Shown: piece by piece, positions 1 to 10,493 of the stretch
Layout: each line of letters opens with the position of its first letter
Numbering within the stretch: the first letter of the stretch is position 1
Origin: an uncultured Candidatus Saccharibacteria bacterium
GTDB taxonomy: Bacteria > Patescibacteriota > Minisyncoccia > Phycocordibacterales > DAORIS01
NCBI GenBank assembly: GCA_964644035.1
Contig: CAZXUH010000001.1
Location: forward strand, 67,712-131,711
Direction: 5' to 3'
DNA length: 64,000 bases
Made by a program: the position numbers and the translations under genes
Notes under the pieces: model-generated
What the model was told of the DNA's origin: nothing
The model's database searches: none
Seen by the model: the letters and a program-made list of their open reading frames with translations, nothing else

Positions 1-3000
1 GACGAAAAGAGCAAAGAAGCATTCAAGGAACTTTTGGTAACAACTAAAAAGGATATTGAAGGTATCAAGGAAGGTATCGTGCTCGATGAAATCCAGTATC
101 ACAACTACTCAGTCAAATACAGCACACTCTTCGAAGCAGGCATCGGTGCGGAAGCAATTTACAATATTCTCAGAAACCTCGATCTTAAAAAGCTCGAGAA
201 ACAGCTCGAAGAGCGTCTCGAAAAGGCAAGCTCTCTTGAGTCTGAAAAAATCAACAAGCGTCTATCGGTTCTCCGAGCTATGGATAAATCAAACATTCGT
301 CCAGAATGGATGTTCCTGACTCGTATTCCAGTTATTCCTCCAGGACTTCGTCCGATGGTTGCTCTCGATGGTGGCCGCTATGCGACATCTGACGTCAATG
401 ACCTTTACCGTCGTGTCATCAACCGTAACAATCGTTTGATGAAGCTCAAGGAAATCAATGCGCCTGATGTGATCTTGCGAAATGAAAAGCGTATTCTTCA
501 GGAAGCAGTTGATGCTCTTATCGACAATTCGATTCGAAATGCCAATTCAAATTCTGGAGCCCAGAGCCTCGCACAACGCCGCGCTCTCAAATCACTTTCT
601 GACAACCTCAAATCGAAGCGCGGTCTTTTCCGTCAAAACCTTTTGGGTAAGCGTGTCGACTATTCTGGCCGATCGGTTATCGTCGTCGGTCCTACGATCA
701 AACTCAATCAGTGTGGTCTTCCAAAGTTCATGGCCCTCGAACTCTTCCGACCATTCGTTATTTCTGAAATTCTCAAGAGGGAATTGGTCTACAACATTCG
801 TGGTGCCAACAAGCTTATCGATGATGGAGTACCAGAAGTCTGGGCTATTCTCGAAGATGTGATCAAAGGCAAATACGTCCTCCTCAACCGAGCTCCAACA
901 CTTCACCGTCTTGGTATTCAGGCTTTCCAGCCAGTGCTTATCGAAGGTAATGCTATTCAGGTTCACCCTATGGTATGTACAGCGTTCAACGCTGACTTCG
1001 ATGGAGACCAGATGGCCGTACACGTGCCGCTTTCAGAAGAAGCACAGCTCGAAGCTCAGGAAATCATGGCTTCAGACAAAAACATTCTCAAGCCTGGTTC
1101 AGGAGAACCTACTGTTTCGGCAAAATTGCTCGACATTATTCTTGGTTGCTACTGGATGACAAAATCAGTTGCAGGCGAAAAGGGTGAAGGTAAATACTTT
1201 GCGACAGGACAGGATGCTATTATTGCCTACAACTTCGGCGAGCTTGCCATCCGTGCCAAGATCAAGATTCAGGCACCGGATAGTCCAAAATTTGCAGCTA
1301 TGCAGCCAGGTACAATGTTTGAAACAACGGTTGGACGCATTCTCTTCAACAATGTTCTTCCATCAGACTATCCTTATATCAATGATGAAATTGTTCGAAA
1401 GAAGATGGCATCTATCGTCGATGATCTTATAAACCGATATGGTCTCAATCAGGTTCCAGAAATTCTCGACCGCGTAAAGAACTTCGGCTTCAAATACGTC
1501 ACTATGTCGGGCGTGACATGGGGTATCGATGATGTTCAGATTCCAAAAGAAAAGGGAAGTATTATTGCTGCTTCAAAAACTCAAGCTGGCAAGGTCATTG
1601 ATCAGTTCAATGAAGGTTTGCTTTCTGCTGAAGAGCGCAAGAGAAAAACTCTTGAGATTTGGTATGACGCAAAAAGTCAGATTGAAAAGGTTATTCCTTC
1701 AACACTCGACTCAAAGGGTTCAGTACATGACATGATTCAGTCTGGTGCCCGAGGTTCGACATCTCAGATCACTCAGATGGCCGGAATGAAAGGTCTTATT
1801 GCCAACACCCAAGGAGAGACGATTGAATTCCCTATTCTTTCTTGTTCAAAAGAAGGTCTTACGCCGATTGAATACTTCATTACTACTCACGGTTCTCGAA
1901 AAGGTTTGACCGACACCGCTCTCAACACTGCCAAGGCTGGTTATCTCACTCGTAAGCTCTTCGTCGTTGCACAAGATGTCGTCATTAGCGAAGATGATTG
2001 CGGAACAAAAGAAGGTATTGTTATCAAGAGAGAGAAAAATGCTACAGGTATGAACATGCTCTCAAAAAATGTTCGAGGACGCATTTTGGCCGAGGATATT
2101 GTCGATTCAAAGGATCATATTATCTTCAAGAAAGGTCATTTGGTTACCAAGGACGATGCTGAAAAGATCGACGAATCAGGAGTACAGGCTGTATCAGTAC
2201 GCTCTCCTATGACATGTAAGACAGTCGAGGGTCTTTGCGCACGATGCTATGGTACCGACCTCGGTCGCGACAAGCTCGTAGAACTCGGTGAAGCAGTCGG
2301 TACGGTTGCCGGACAAGCTATCGGTGAACCTGGTACACAGCTCACGATGCGTACCTTCCACGCCGGCGGTGCGGCATCGGCAACAGGAGACATCACACAA
2401 GGTCTTCCACGTGTCGAAGAAATCTTCGAAATGCGCGAACCAAAACTTCCTGCAGCTGTTGCTCACGTTACGGGTACAATCACAGATATTAAAGAAGAAG
2501 GAAAAGAGAAGACAATTACTATTCTTGCTGATGAAGCAGGTAAGTCTAAGAAAAAGGCTGACGTTGAATACACAGTACCAATTGGCCGAACAGTGTTTGT
2601 CGCAAAAGGCGACAAGGTTGAAAAAGGAGATGTTATTACCGATGGTACTGCTTCTATCGATGAAGTCTTCAAATATGGTGGAAGAGAAAAAGCTCAGAAC
2701 TATATTATTTCTGAAGTCACCAAGCCATATGACTTGCAGGGTGAAGCGATCTCAAGAAAACACATTGAGGTTATCGTCAGACAGATGTTCTCTCGAACAG
2801 TTATCGAAGAACCAGGTGATACCGTATTCTCAATTGGAGATACAGTAGAAAACGCAAACTTCGAAATCGAAAACAAGCGTGTGCGTGCCAAGGGTGGTAC
2901 AGAAGCCAAGGCTACAGCTGCGGTTATGGGAATCACTGAAGTCTCGCTCACACGAAAGAGCTTCCTTTCAGCAGCGTCATTCCAACACACGACTCGTGTC

Positions 3001-3189
3001 CTTATCGACAGCGCCGTTCGTGGAAAAGAAGACGATCTCAAGGGTCTCATGGAAAACGTTATTATCGGCCGACTCATTCCTGCAGGTACTGGTTTCGCAG
3101 GCAGTCCGAAGCATGACATGATCAAGGATCTACAGAAGAAGCTCGACGCAATGCAGCCAAGCAGGGAAGACGCGGATGATATAAAATAA
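1..3189 (+). CDS. rpoC: DNA-directed RNA polymerase subunit beta' (5'-partial, continues upstream of window)
   Basis: The frame is open from nt 1. It carries the NADFDGD catalytic motif and conserved trigger-loop and C-terminal regions. Length and order (rpoC followed by dnaG) fit beta'. Confidence 0.95.
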   Translation, partial: DEKSKEAFKELLVTTKKDIEGIKEGIVLDEIQYHNYSVKYSTLFEAGIGAEAIYNILRNLDLKKLEKQLEERLEKASSLESEKINKRLSVLRAMDKSNIRPEWMFLTRIPVIPPGLRPMVALDGGRYATSDVNDLYRRVINRNNRLMKLKEINAPDVILRNEKRILQEAVDALIDNSIRNANSNSGAQSLAQRRALKSLSDNLKSKRGLFRQNLLGKRVDYSGRSVIVVGPTIKLNQCGLPKFMALELFRPFVISEILKRELVYNIRGANKLIDDGVPEVWAILEDVIKGKYVLLNRAPTLHRLGIQAFQPVLIEGNAIQVHPMVCTAFNADFDGDQMAVHVPLSEEAQLEAQEIMASDKNILKPGSGEPTVSAKLLDIILGCYWMTKSVAGEKGEGKYFATGQDAIIAYNFGELAIRAKIKIQAPDSPKFAAMQPGTMFETTVGRILFNNVLPSDYPYINDEIVRKKMASIVDDLINRYGLNQVPEILDRVKNFGFKYVTMSGVTWGIDDVQIPKEKGSIIAASKTQAGKVIDQFNEGLLSAEERKRKTLEIWYDAKSQIEKVIPSTLDSKGSVHDMIQSGARGSTSQITQMAGMKGLIANTQGETIEFPILSCSKEGLTPIEYFITTHGSRKGLTDTALNTAKAGYLTRKLFVVAQDVVISEDDCGTKEGIVIKREKNATGMNMLSKNVRGRILAEDIVDSKDHIIFKKGHLVTKDDAEKIDESGVQAVSVRSPMTCKTVEGLCARCYGTDLGRDKLVELGEAVGTVAGQAIGEPGTQLTMRTFHAGGAASATGDITQGLPRVEEIFEMREPKLPAAVAHVTGTITDIKEEGKEKTITILADEAGKSKKKADVEYTVPIGRTVFVAKGDKVEKGDVITDGTASIDEVFKYGGREKAQNYIISEVTKPYDLQGEAISRKHIEVIVRQMFSRTVIEEPGDTVFSIGDTVENANFEIENKRVRAKGGTEAKATAAVMGITEVSLTRKSFLSAASFQHTTRVLIDSAVRGKEDDLKGLMENVIIGRLIPAGTGFAGSPKHDMIKDLQKKLDAMQPSREDADDIK

Positions 3190-3195
3190 GTCTCA

Positions 3196-4884
3196 ATGGC
3201 ATCAGACGTAGAGCGCATCAAAGAAAAACTGCCTATTGAGGAGGTGGTTGGTGCGTACGTCAAATTGGAAAAAGGTGGAGGAAGACTCAAAGGCCGATGT
3301 CCTTTTCATTCAGAAAAGTCCCCTTCTTTTTTCGTTTCTCCGGAACGCGGTTCTTACTATTGTTTTGGTTGCGGAGCCAAGGGTGACATCTTTACCTTTG
3401 TCGAAGAATTCGAACATCTCGATTTCTTGGGTGCACTCAAAACTCTAGCTGAACGTGCAGGTATACAATTGACCAATCAAGTTCCAGAAAATAGAACAGA
3501 GAAAGATGCTCTCTATGAAATTTTGGAGCGATCGACATTGTATTATCAGAAGCAACTCGCCGAGCGCAAGGATATTCAAAAATATCTTGTTGATCGCGGT
3601 ATGACCATAGCTACCATCAAGGCGTGGAGGATTGGTTTCGCACCAGATGATTGGACGGCGCTCTCCGATGCGCTCAAGGGTAAGGGTTACAATCAATCGC
3701 TCATTGAAAAAGCCGGACTCTCTAAACCTTCTGAAAAAAAGCCAGGCGAACAATACGATCGATTTAGAAGCAGGATTATGTTTCCGCTTTTTGATATTAG
3801 CGGTAGGGTAATCGGTTTCTCCGGAAGAATATTTGGCGACGAAGCCAATGCTGCCAAATATCTCAATAGTCCGGAGACGGCACTCTTCGACAAGTCATCG
3901 TTCTTGTTTGGTTTTGACAAAGCTAAGCTTGAGATAAAAAAGCAGGAAGCGGCAATACTCGTCGAAGGTCAAATGGATCTCATCATGAGTCATCAGGCAG
4001 GAGTGACCAATACGGTTGCTGTCTCAGGCACATCACTGACTGAAAAGCATATTGATATGCTTAGGCGTTTTGCTAAAAAAGTCATATTAGCATTTGATGC
4101 TGATACTGCCGGAGAGCGAGCCAGCGAACGCGCATGGCAGATTGCCTTGGCCAAGGATATGGAAGTCAAAGTGGTTTCTATACAAGGCGGCAAGGACCCG
4201 GCTGATCTTATAAAGGAAAAACCTGATCTCTGGGTCGAAGCGCTTAAGCACGAACTCCATATCATTGAATACCAACTCAAGAAAGCAATGATAGAAAGTG
4301 ATCCTCGGGCACGCAATAAAAGGATAGAGTCGGATGTATTACCGTATATAGCAGCTCTTCAAAGTCCTATCGAACAGTCGTATTTCTTGAGTATTGTATC
4401 GTTGCAGTCGGGTGTAGCAGAAAAGATACTTGCAGAGTCATTGGCTCGAATAGAAGTGGTAGAAAGTCTGGCTCTTGGAAAGAACAATGCTGTAGAGAAC
4501 ATTCATAAAGCCAATCGTCTCGATATGATCGAACGCAAAATGGCTGCACTCTTGGTCTGGTCCAAATCGCCCGAAGAGCTCAGGGAAAAGCTTAAGATTA
4601 TTGATGATAAGCTCATTAAGAAGCTCGACGGGATTATTGATTTGGAAAGGGAAGCGCTTCAGTTTGAAGCCGAGGCTTCTTTCCAAAATGCTCAGAATAT
4701 AGAGCGAGAAATTCAGGAATTGGTCCGCAATCTTCATGAAGAGTATCTCAAGCAATCACTCGCTGAGACCATGATGGAGCTCAAGAGAGCTGAAGCAGCC
4801 AAGGATCAAGCCAAACTTGAAACCTTGCTAAAAACGTGCCAAGACATTTCAATGCAATTGCATACATTAAAAAAACAATTATAA
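3196..4884 (+). CDS. dnaG: DNA primase
   Basis: N-terminal zinc-binding motif CPFHSEKSPSF...CFGCG, and a Toprim region with EGQMDLI and AFDADTAGERA. Confidence 0.9.
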   Translation: MASDVERIKEKLPIEEVVGAYVKLEKGGGRLKGRCPFHSEKSPSFFVSPERGSYYCFGCGAKGDIFTFVEEFEHLDFLGALKTLAERAGIQLTNQVPENRTEKDALYEILERSTLYYQKQLAERKDIQKYLVDRGMTIATIKAWRIGFAPDDWTALSDALKGKGYNQSLIEKAGLSKPSEKKPGEQYDRFRSRIMFPLFDISGRVIGFSGRIFGDEANAAKYLNSPETALFDKSSFLFGFDKAKLEIKKQEAAILVEGQMDLIMSHQAGVTNTVAVSGTSLTEKHIDMLRRFAKKVILAFDADTAGERASERAWQIALAKDMEVKVVSIQGGKDPADLIKEKPDLWVEALKHELHIIEYQLKKAMIESDPRARNKRIESDVLPYIAALQSPIEQSYFLSIVSLQSGVAEKILAESLARIEVVESLALGKNNAVENIHKANRLDMIERKMAALLVWSKSPEELREKLKIIDDKLIKKLDGIIDLEREALQFEAEASFQNAQNIEREIQELVRNLHEEYLKQSLAETMMELKRAEAAKDQAKLETLLKTCQDISMQLHTLKKQL

Positions 4885-4894
4885 TCACGCTATT

Positions 4895-6115
4895 ATGAAG
4901 AAGACCAAAAAAACTAAAAAAGCGCCGAAGAAATCCCCTGCTACTGCCAAAAAAAGCGCCAAGAAGAGTCTTAAAAAGCGCCCTGCAAAGGTGAGCAAGA
5001 AGCCTGCACCTTCGAAAGCTCAGAAGGCGAAGAAGGTCCTTTCTCCAAAGGCTATGGCCGAAAAGGCTGATATGATTGTCCTTCGTGGCAAAGAAAAGGG
5101 ATTTGTAACCTACGATGAAATTCTCAAGGAATTCCCAAACATAGAAGACGATATCAATTTCCTGGATTCGCTCTATGACAAGCTTTCTACAGCTGGTATC
5201 GATATTCTCGAAGGTGGTGGTCTTCTCGATTTTGGCACAGAAGAAAAAGAAATAAGCCGAAAATACGGCAGCAGGGAAAGCGAGTCGCACGATTCCATCC
5301 AGATCTATCTCAAGGAAATTGGTCAGTATCCGCTCATCTCTGCGGGCGACGAGCGAGAGCTTGCTAAGCGTATTGAAAAAGGTGATATGGAGGCCAAAAA
5401 TCTTTTGGCTCGTGCCAACTTGCGTCTCGTAGTCTCGATTGCCAAAAAGTACGTCGGTCGCTCTCCTGATCTCACCCTTCTTGACCTTATTCAAGAAGGA
5501 AATCTTGGTTTGTTTAAAGCTGTAGATAAATTTGATTGGAATAAAGGATTCAAGTTCTCGACCTATGCGACATGGTGGATCAGACAAGCTATTACGCGTG
5601 CTTTGGCCGACCAATCTCGCACTATTCGTGTGCCGGTGCACATGGTAGAAACCATTGCCAAGTATAAGCAGGTGGTACGACGGCTTTCTCAAGATCTTGG
5701 CCGCGATCCGCTCCCAGAAGAAATTGCCAATGAAATGGGTCTTGATATAGAAAAAATATATACCATAGAAAAGATCGATCAAAACACTGTCTCTCTCGAA
5801 AGTCCTGTGGGCGAAGATGATGAAAAATCAACACTCGGTGATTTTGTCTCTGATGACAAGATTCTTTCTCCAGATCAAGAATCTTCACGTCGTATTATAA
5901 GCGACCAGGTCAGAGAAATTCTCGATGATCTTCCTGAGAAAGAACGCAAGATTCTCGAACTTCGTCATGGTCTTATTGACGGCATACAACATACGCTCGA
6001 AGAAGTAGGTAAGAAGTTTGGTGTTACTCGAGAACGTATTCGTCAGATTGAAGCCAAGGCTCACGAAAAGATTCGTCAGCATGACAAGGTCAATAAACTT
6101 AAGAACTATTTTTAA
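4895..6115 (+). CDS. rpoD: RNA polymerase sigma-70 factor with Lys-rich N-terminal tail
   Basis: Regions 1.2 through 4 are recognisable: DSIQIYLKEIG, DLIQEGNLGL, YATWWIRQAITRA and TLEEVGKKFGVTRERIRQIE. Confidence 0.92.
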   Translation: MKKTKKTKKAPKKSPATAKKSAKKSLKKRPAKVSKKPAPSKAQKAKKVLSPKAMAEKADMIVLRGKEKGFVTYDEILKEFPNIEDDINFLDSLYDKLSTAGIDILEGGGLLDFGTEEKEISRKYGSRESESHDSIQIYLKEIGQYPLISAGDERELAKRIEKGDMEAKNLLARANLRLVVSIAKKYVGRSPDLTLLDLIQEGNLGLFKAVDKFDWNKGFKFSTYATWWIRQAITRALADQSRTIRVPVHMVETIAKYKQVVRRLSQDLGRDPLPEEIANEMGLDIEKIYTIEKIDQNTVSLESPVGEDDEKSTLGDFVSDDKILSPDQESSRRIISDQVREILDDLPEKERKILELRHGLIDGIQHTLEEVGKKFGVTRERIRQIEAKAHEKIRQHDKVNKLKNYF

Positions 6116-6127
6116 ATAAATAAAAAA

Positions 6128-6153
6128 ACACCCAGCGAATGCTGGGTGTTTTG
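6128..6153 (+). terminator. rho-independent terminator after rpoD
   Basis: Hairpin acacccagc-gaat-gctgggtgt followed by TTTTG. Confidence 0.75.
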
Positions 6154-6165
6154 TGTTGTGGGCGA

Positions 6166-6630
6166 TCAGATGAGTATTCTGCTGCCGGTGGTAATGATGC
6201 CGTCGGTCAGAACTTCGGCGATGATACCACCCTTGCCTTCAAATAGTTTCTTGAAGCCGTTCTTACGGCAGAGTTGATCCACCCGATCGCAAGGTGGACA
6301 CAATGCTACTCCGCGCATGCGGACTCTTCCACCGATTGCAAATTGTTTGCCAACAAGATCGTTGAGTCTGACGCCTTGGGTCACGATGTTGCGGCGTGAA
6401 TCGACGGGTCTAAACATGCCCAGTACACCTTTTGCATCATGGAAGGCTTCAAACTCAATCAGGGTCACCTGTCTATTTCCAGGATTCATTTTCTCCCAAT
6501 TTCCTTTGCCCTTGTAATAGCGATCGCCAGCAAGACCTTTGCCAGTCTCTGCAAAGACTTGTGGTTCAAGCCGCATTTCTTTGCCTGGCTCCCAAGCTAT
6601 GTAAATCAACGCAACCTCTGGTTCTTTCAT
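6166..6630 (-). CDS. MOSC domain-containing protein (YiiM-like)
   Basis: GDRYY motif, RQVTLIEFE, and the C-terminal cysteine motif ALCPPCDR, typical of MOSC (MoCo sulfurase C-terminal) domains. Confidence 0.55.
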   Translation of the reverse strand: MKEPEVALIYIAWEPGKEMRLEPQVFAETGKGLAGDRYYKGKGNWEKMNPGNRQVTLIEFEAFHDAKGVLGMFRPVDSRRNIVTQGVRLNDLVGKQFAIGGRVRMRGVALCPPCDRVDQLCRKNGFKKLFEGKGGIIAEVLTDGIITTGSRILI

Positions 6631-6736
6631 TGTTTCCTTTCTGTTGGTACAAGACTGGTACTATCCTACTTAAATACCCTCAAAAAACAAGTCTATTTTT
6701 TTATTAAAAACAGCCTGAATATGCAATAATAGCCCT

Positions 6737-9661
6737 ATGCCGACGAGCGACTTATTCCAAAATCTCTATAAAAAACTCAATAAAGCCCAGAAAGAAGCCG
6801 TCGATACTGTCGAAGGACCGGTAATGGTTGTGGCTGGACCTGGTACGGGCAAAACACAGATACTATCGCTGCGTATAGCAAATATTTTACTCAAGACTGA
6901 TGCTGCTCCAGGTTCGATATTGGCAATTGCTTTTACTGAATCTGCAGTCAAAGCTATGCGCAAGCGTTTGATCTCTATTATTGGCACAAGAGCATATCAG
7001 ATTCCTATTTATACCTTTCATGCCTTTGCCAATGATCGCATTCAGGAATTTCCAGATTCGTTTCCAAGAATTATTGGTGGGGAATCGGCAAGTGATATGG
7101 ATAGGATTAGTCTCATTGAAGAGATTTTGGTAGCAGGAGAATGGGCCAAGCTGCGTCCATCTGGCGATCCTCTGTATTATGTAAAACCTGTCTTGTCTGC
7201 TATTCAATCGATAAAGCGAGAAGGATATACTCCTGAAACCTTTTTATCATATGTCCAAGATCAGCAGAAAAAATACGACGCTATTCAAGACAAAGTGCAT
7301 ATAAAGGGTGCTTACAAAGGAAAGATAAAAGCAGAATATATTGCTCTCCAAGAAAAAATAGAGAAAAATCTCGAACTTCAAAAAGTTTTTGATCTCTACG
7401 AGCAAAAGCTTAGGGAAAAGAAAATCTATGATTTTGAAGACATGATCATAGAAGTTGCCAAAGCCATGCAATCCGACGAGCAATTTCTAAGATTGTTGCA
7501 AGAGAGGTATCAGTATATTTTAGTCGATGAATATCAGGACACCAATGGCGGACAAAATAAACTCGTCGATCTATTGGCTTCATTTCATCCCAATCCCAAT
7601 ATTTTCGTGGTAGGAGACGACAAACAAGCGGTGTATAGATTCCAAGGTGCATCGCTTGAAAACTTTCTTTCATTTAAAAAAAGATATCCTGATACAAAAG
7701 TTGTTGTGCTCAAGGAAAACTATCGTTCATCTCAGCCGATCCTCGATAGCTCGCATGAGCTGATTATTAAAAATCCTATTGTTGATTCTGATCTTATTGC
7801 TCCACTACGATCACAGCTCGAAGCAATTGATAAAATAACCATACTAGAAGCACCAGACCAAGACGAAGAGTATCGATATATAACTACTGATATTAAAAAA
7901 AGACTGGAGGCAGGTATTAAGCCCGAAGAGATTGCGCTTATCTATCGTGACAACAGCGATGCTGACAGAATAGTCAGATTTTTGGAGACTGCAGATATTA
8001 CTTATAGTGTCGCTTCGGACAACAATATTTTTGATGATAGGGATATTAGTAGGCTCATTGATCTACTCAATTGTCTTGCGCATTTCAATGAAGAAGAATA
8101 TGTAGCCAAGATTTTGCTTTTTGATTTTATTGATATTCCGCTCGAAAAAGCTATGAGCATGATCGTCGAAGCTCGGACAAGCCGCACAAGTATTCAAAAG
8201 GTCATTGAAAAAGAAATGCCAGAGCTGCATGCAAAGCTCATTCATTTTGCTCGACGTGCTCACAATGAATCGCTCTGTGATGTGATCGAAAGTATTATGC
8301 ATGATTTTGGCTTCATGAAGCATATTCTTTTTCATAGTAAGAATCATGATAAAGCTGACAAGGTTCGAGTGGTTTTGCACGAATGCGAGCGTTTCGTCCT
8401 TCGGAATAAACACGCTACGATAGCCGATTTTACCGCTCATATCGATCGTATACGAAGCCACAAGGTGCCTATTCGCTCTCAGGCTACTGCCAAGGTCGGT
8501 GTGCAGCTCATGACAGCACATCGGTCAAAAGGTCTTGAATTTGATGTTGTGTACATCATCAATGCAACTGACGGACATTGGAGCAATAAGCGCTTACCAA
8601 AACTGTTTCATTTGCCAGGTATCAACACTGATACCAATAAAGATACGTCGCTAGAAGATGATAGAAGATTGTTTTTCGTAGCTATGACTCGTGCTCGACA
8701 TGCTTTAATCATTGGTTATGAGCGACATGCACTCGATGGTAAAGAACTTTTTCCAGTGCCGTTTATTGAAGAAATAGGCGAAACACATTTCTCAAAAGTA
8801 TCCCTTGAAGAAAGAAAATTACCTGAAGCTTCACAGAAAAAAGACGAAGATCAAACAGAAAGAATGGAGAAGTATCGTCACTATATTGAAAGCCTGTTTC
8901 ATGATCAAGGACTTTCGGTGACCGCTCTCAACAACTATCTGACATGTCCGTGGGAATATTTCTTCAAGAATCTGCTATGTATTCCAGCTATGAAGTCGAA
9001 ACCTGAACTCTATGGTACGGCCATTCACGAAGCACTCCGGTATGCGGCAAAAGATTTTTTGCAAGATGGCAATGTAGAAGAAAAAAAAGTAATAGGCTAT
9101 TTTGAGCGAGGATTGGAAAGATTACCTTTGACCGAGCGCGATTTCAATGAACTCAAAAAGCGCGGTAGCGACGCACTTGGTATATATCTCAAGCATGCCA
9201 ACTGGCAAAAGGATATGAAAGTAGAATTTAAAATCACCACTGAGATCGATGGAATAGAACTCAGGGGCAATCTCGACAGGATAGATTTGCATGACAATGG
9301 CGAACTAACAGTGGTTGACTACAAGACCGGCTCGCCAAAAACGAGGAATCATATTATGGGTAAAACCAAAGATGCGAGCGGAGATTATTTGCGTCAGCTG
9401 ACATTTTACAAAATACTTATCTCAAGTGCCGATCTCAGTAAGTTTTATCGATTCAAGGAAGGGGTAATCGATTTTGTCGAACCCGATGAAAAGGGTAATC
9501 ATCACAGGGAAGCATTTGTCATAACAGATGAAGAAGTAGAAGCACTGCAAGCCGTGATCAAAAGAGTGGCAAGTGAAATAACCTCTCTGAGTTTCATTTC
9601 ACATGTCTGCGAAGACGAGTCGTGCGAATATTGTCAGCTGGCAAAATCTCTGAAATTTTAA
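6737..9661 (+). CDS. UvrD/PcrA-type superfamily 1 helicase fused to a C-terminal PD-(D/E)XK (RecB/Cas4-like) nuclease with a 4-Cys cluster
   Basis: Walker A AGPGTGKTQ, DEYQDTN, and the late helicase motifs TAHRSKGLEFD / VAMTRAR. The C-terminus carries GTAIHEALR, RIDL, VVDYKTG and QLTFYKIL, with Cys at TCPWEY plus CEDESCEYC. Confidence 0.8.
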   Translation: MPTSDLFQNLYKKLNKAQKEAVDTVEGPVMVVAGPGTGKTQILSLRIANILLKTDAAPGSILAIAFTESAVKAMRKRLISIIGTRAYQIPIYTFHAFANDRIQEFPDSFPRIIGGESASDMDRISLIEEILVAGEWAKLRPSGDPLYYVKPVLSAIQSIKREGYTPETFLSYVQDQQKKYDAIQDKVHIKGAYKGKIKAEYIALQEKIEKNLELQKVFDLYEQKLREKKIYDFEDMIIEVAKAMQSDEQFLRLLQERYQYILVDEYQDTNGGQNKLVDLLASFHPNPNIFVVGDDKQAVYRFQGASLENFLSFKKRYPDTKVVVLKENYRSSQPILDSSHELIIKNPIVDSDLIAPLRSQLEAIDKITILEAPDQDEEYRYITTDIKKRLEAGIKPEEIALIYRDNSDADRIVRFLETADITYSVASDNNIFDDRDISRLIDLLNCLAHFNEEEYVAKILLFDFIDIPLEKAMSMIVEARTSRTSIQKVIEKEMPELHAKLIHFARRAHNESLCDVIESIMHDFGFMKHILFHSKNHDKADKVRVVLHECERFVLRNKHATIADFTAHIDRIRSHKVPIRSQATAKVGVQLMTAHRSKGLEFDVVYIINATDGHWSNKRLPKLFHLPGINTDTNKDTSLEDDRRLFFVAMTRARHALIIGYERHALDGKELFPVPFIEEIGETHFSKVSLEERKLPEASQKKDEDQTERMEKYRHYIESLFHDQGLSVTALNNYLTCPWEYFFKNLLCIPAMKSKPELYGTAIHEALRYAAKDFLQDGNVEEKKVIGYFERGLERLPLTERDFNELKKRGSDALGIYLKHANWQKDMKVEFKITTEIDGIELRGNLDRIDLHDNGELTVVDYKTGSPKTRNHIMGKTKDASGDYLRQLTFYKILISSADLSKFYRFKEGVIDFVEPDEKGNHHREAFVITDEEVEALQAVIKRVASEITSLSFISHVCEDESCEYCQLAKSLKF

Positions 9662-9671
9662 ATAACAAAAA

Positions 9672-9693
9672 AGGGGACTGAGTCCCCTTTTTT
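9672..9693. terminator. bidirectional terminator between the helicase-nuclease gene and the dsbA-like gene
   Basis: aggggact-gagtcccct hairpin with a T-run on the + side and an A-run on the other. Confidence 0.7.
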
Positions 9694-9710
9694 AATTCCT
9701 TTTCAAATTC

Positions 9711-10460
9711 CTAGTTTGCCAATATTGATTGGATAATTGTCTTGAGCGTGAGATATGGAAGTGCGCCGCCATCGAGGGGAATAGTCCTGCCTGATCGTGT
9801 ATCAAGGATGACACTGTATGGGGTGCCTTGAGCACCAGCGATGATAGCTGCATCGTATGCATCAGATATTTTCTGAGCGTATTTACCACTATCGAGACAT
9901 GTTTTGAATTGATCAGCACTGAGGCCTACTGTCGCAGCGATTTCATAGAGCTTATTGTGATCGAGACCATTGTTCGATGGAGTAATCGCATAGAGTCTGT
10001 CTGTATATGCCCAGAACTTTTCATTGCCACCAAGTTCTGCTGCACATTCTGTAGCTTCAGCTTCTTTGCCAGCTTTTGAGTGAAGTGGTGGGCGAGTCTC
10101 AGAGCCTTTATAAAGTGGGAAATGTCGATATACCCACGCTACGTCGCCATTGGTACCGAGTTCTGAAACGAGCTGCTGAAGAGTAGTGTGGAACTGTTTG
10201 CAGAATGGACATTCGGTATCTGAGTATTCTATAAAGAGTATTTTTGCATTTGGATTGCCAAGAATATGATCTTTGTTGGTAACAGGCTCTATATTGACCT
10301 GTTGGTTTTCAATATCGGTAGGATTCTGAGCAACTTTCTTACCATTGTCGATAAAACTTTTGGCAATAAGTGTACCGGAGATCATGAGTCCGGCGACGAC
10401 GATAGCGATAGCAATAATAAGTGATGAATTTTGCTGTGGGGGTGTATTTGTGGGTTCCAT
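9711..10460 (-). CDS. DsbA/BdbD-like thiol:disulfide oxidoreductase, membrane-anchored
   Basis: N-terminal TM helix, thioredoxin-fold CPFC active site, and a DsbA-like length. Confidence 0.7.
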   Translation of the reverse strand: MEPTNTPPQQNSSLIIAIAIVVAGLMISGTLIAKSFIDNGKKVAQNPTDIENQQVNIEPVTNKDHILGNPNAKILFIEYSDTECPFCKQFHTTLQQLVSELGTNGDVAWVYRHFPLYKGSETRPPLHSKAGKEAEATECAAELGGNEKFWAYTDRLYAITPSNNGLDHNKLYEIAATVGLSADQFKTCLDSGKYAQKISDAYDAAIIAGAQGTPYSVILDTRSGRTIPLDGGALPYLTLKTIIQSILAN

Positions 10461-10493
10461 AATGCCGATATTATATCATGATAAAAAAGAAGC

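Noticed and set aside
4781-5782. 333-aa minus-strand ORF spanning the dnaG/rpoD junction
   Set aside because: It is antisense to two strongly supported genes (DnaG C-terminus, and RpoD with canonical sigma regions). The product is low-complexity and Phe/Leu-rich, typical of an antisense reading of Lys/Glu-rich sequence.
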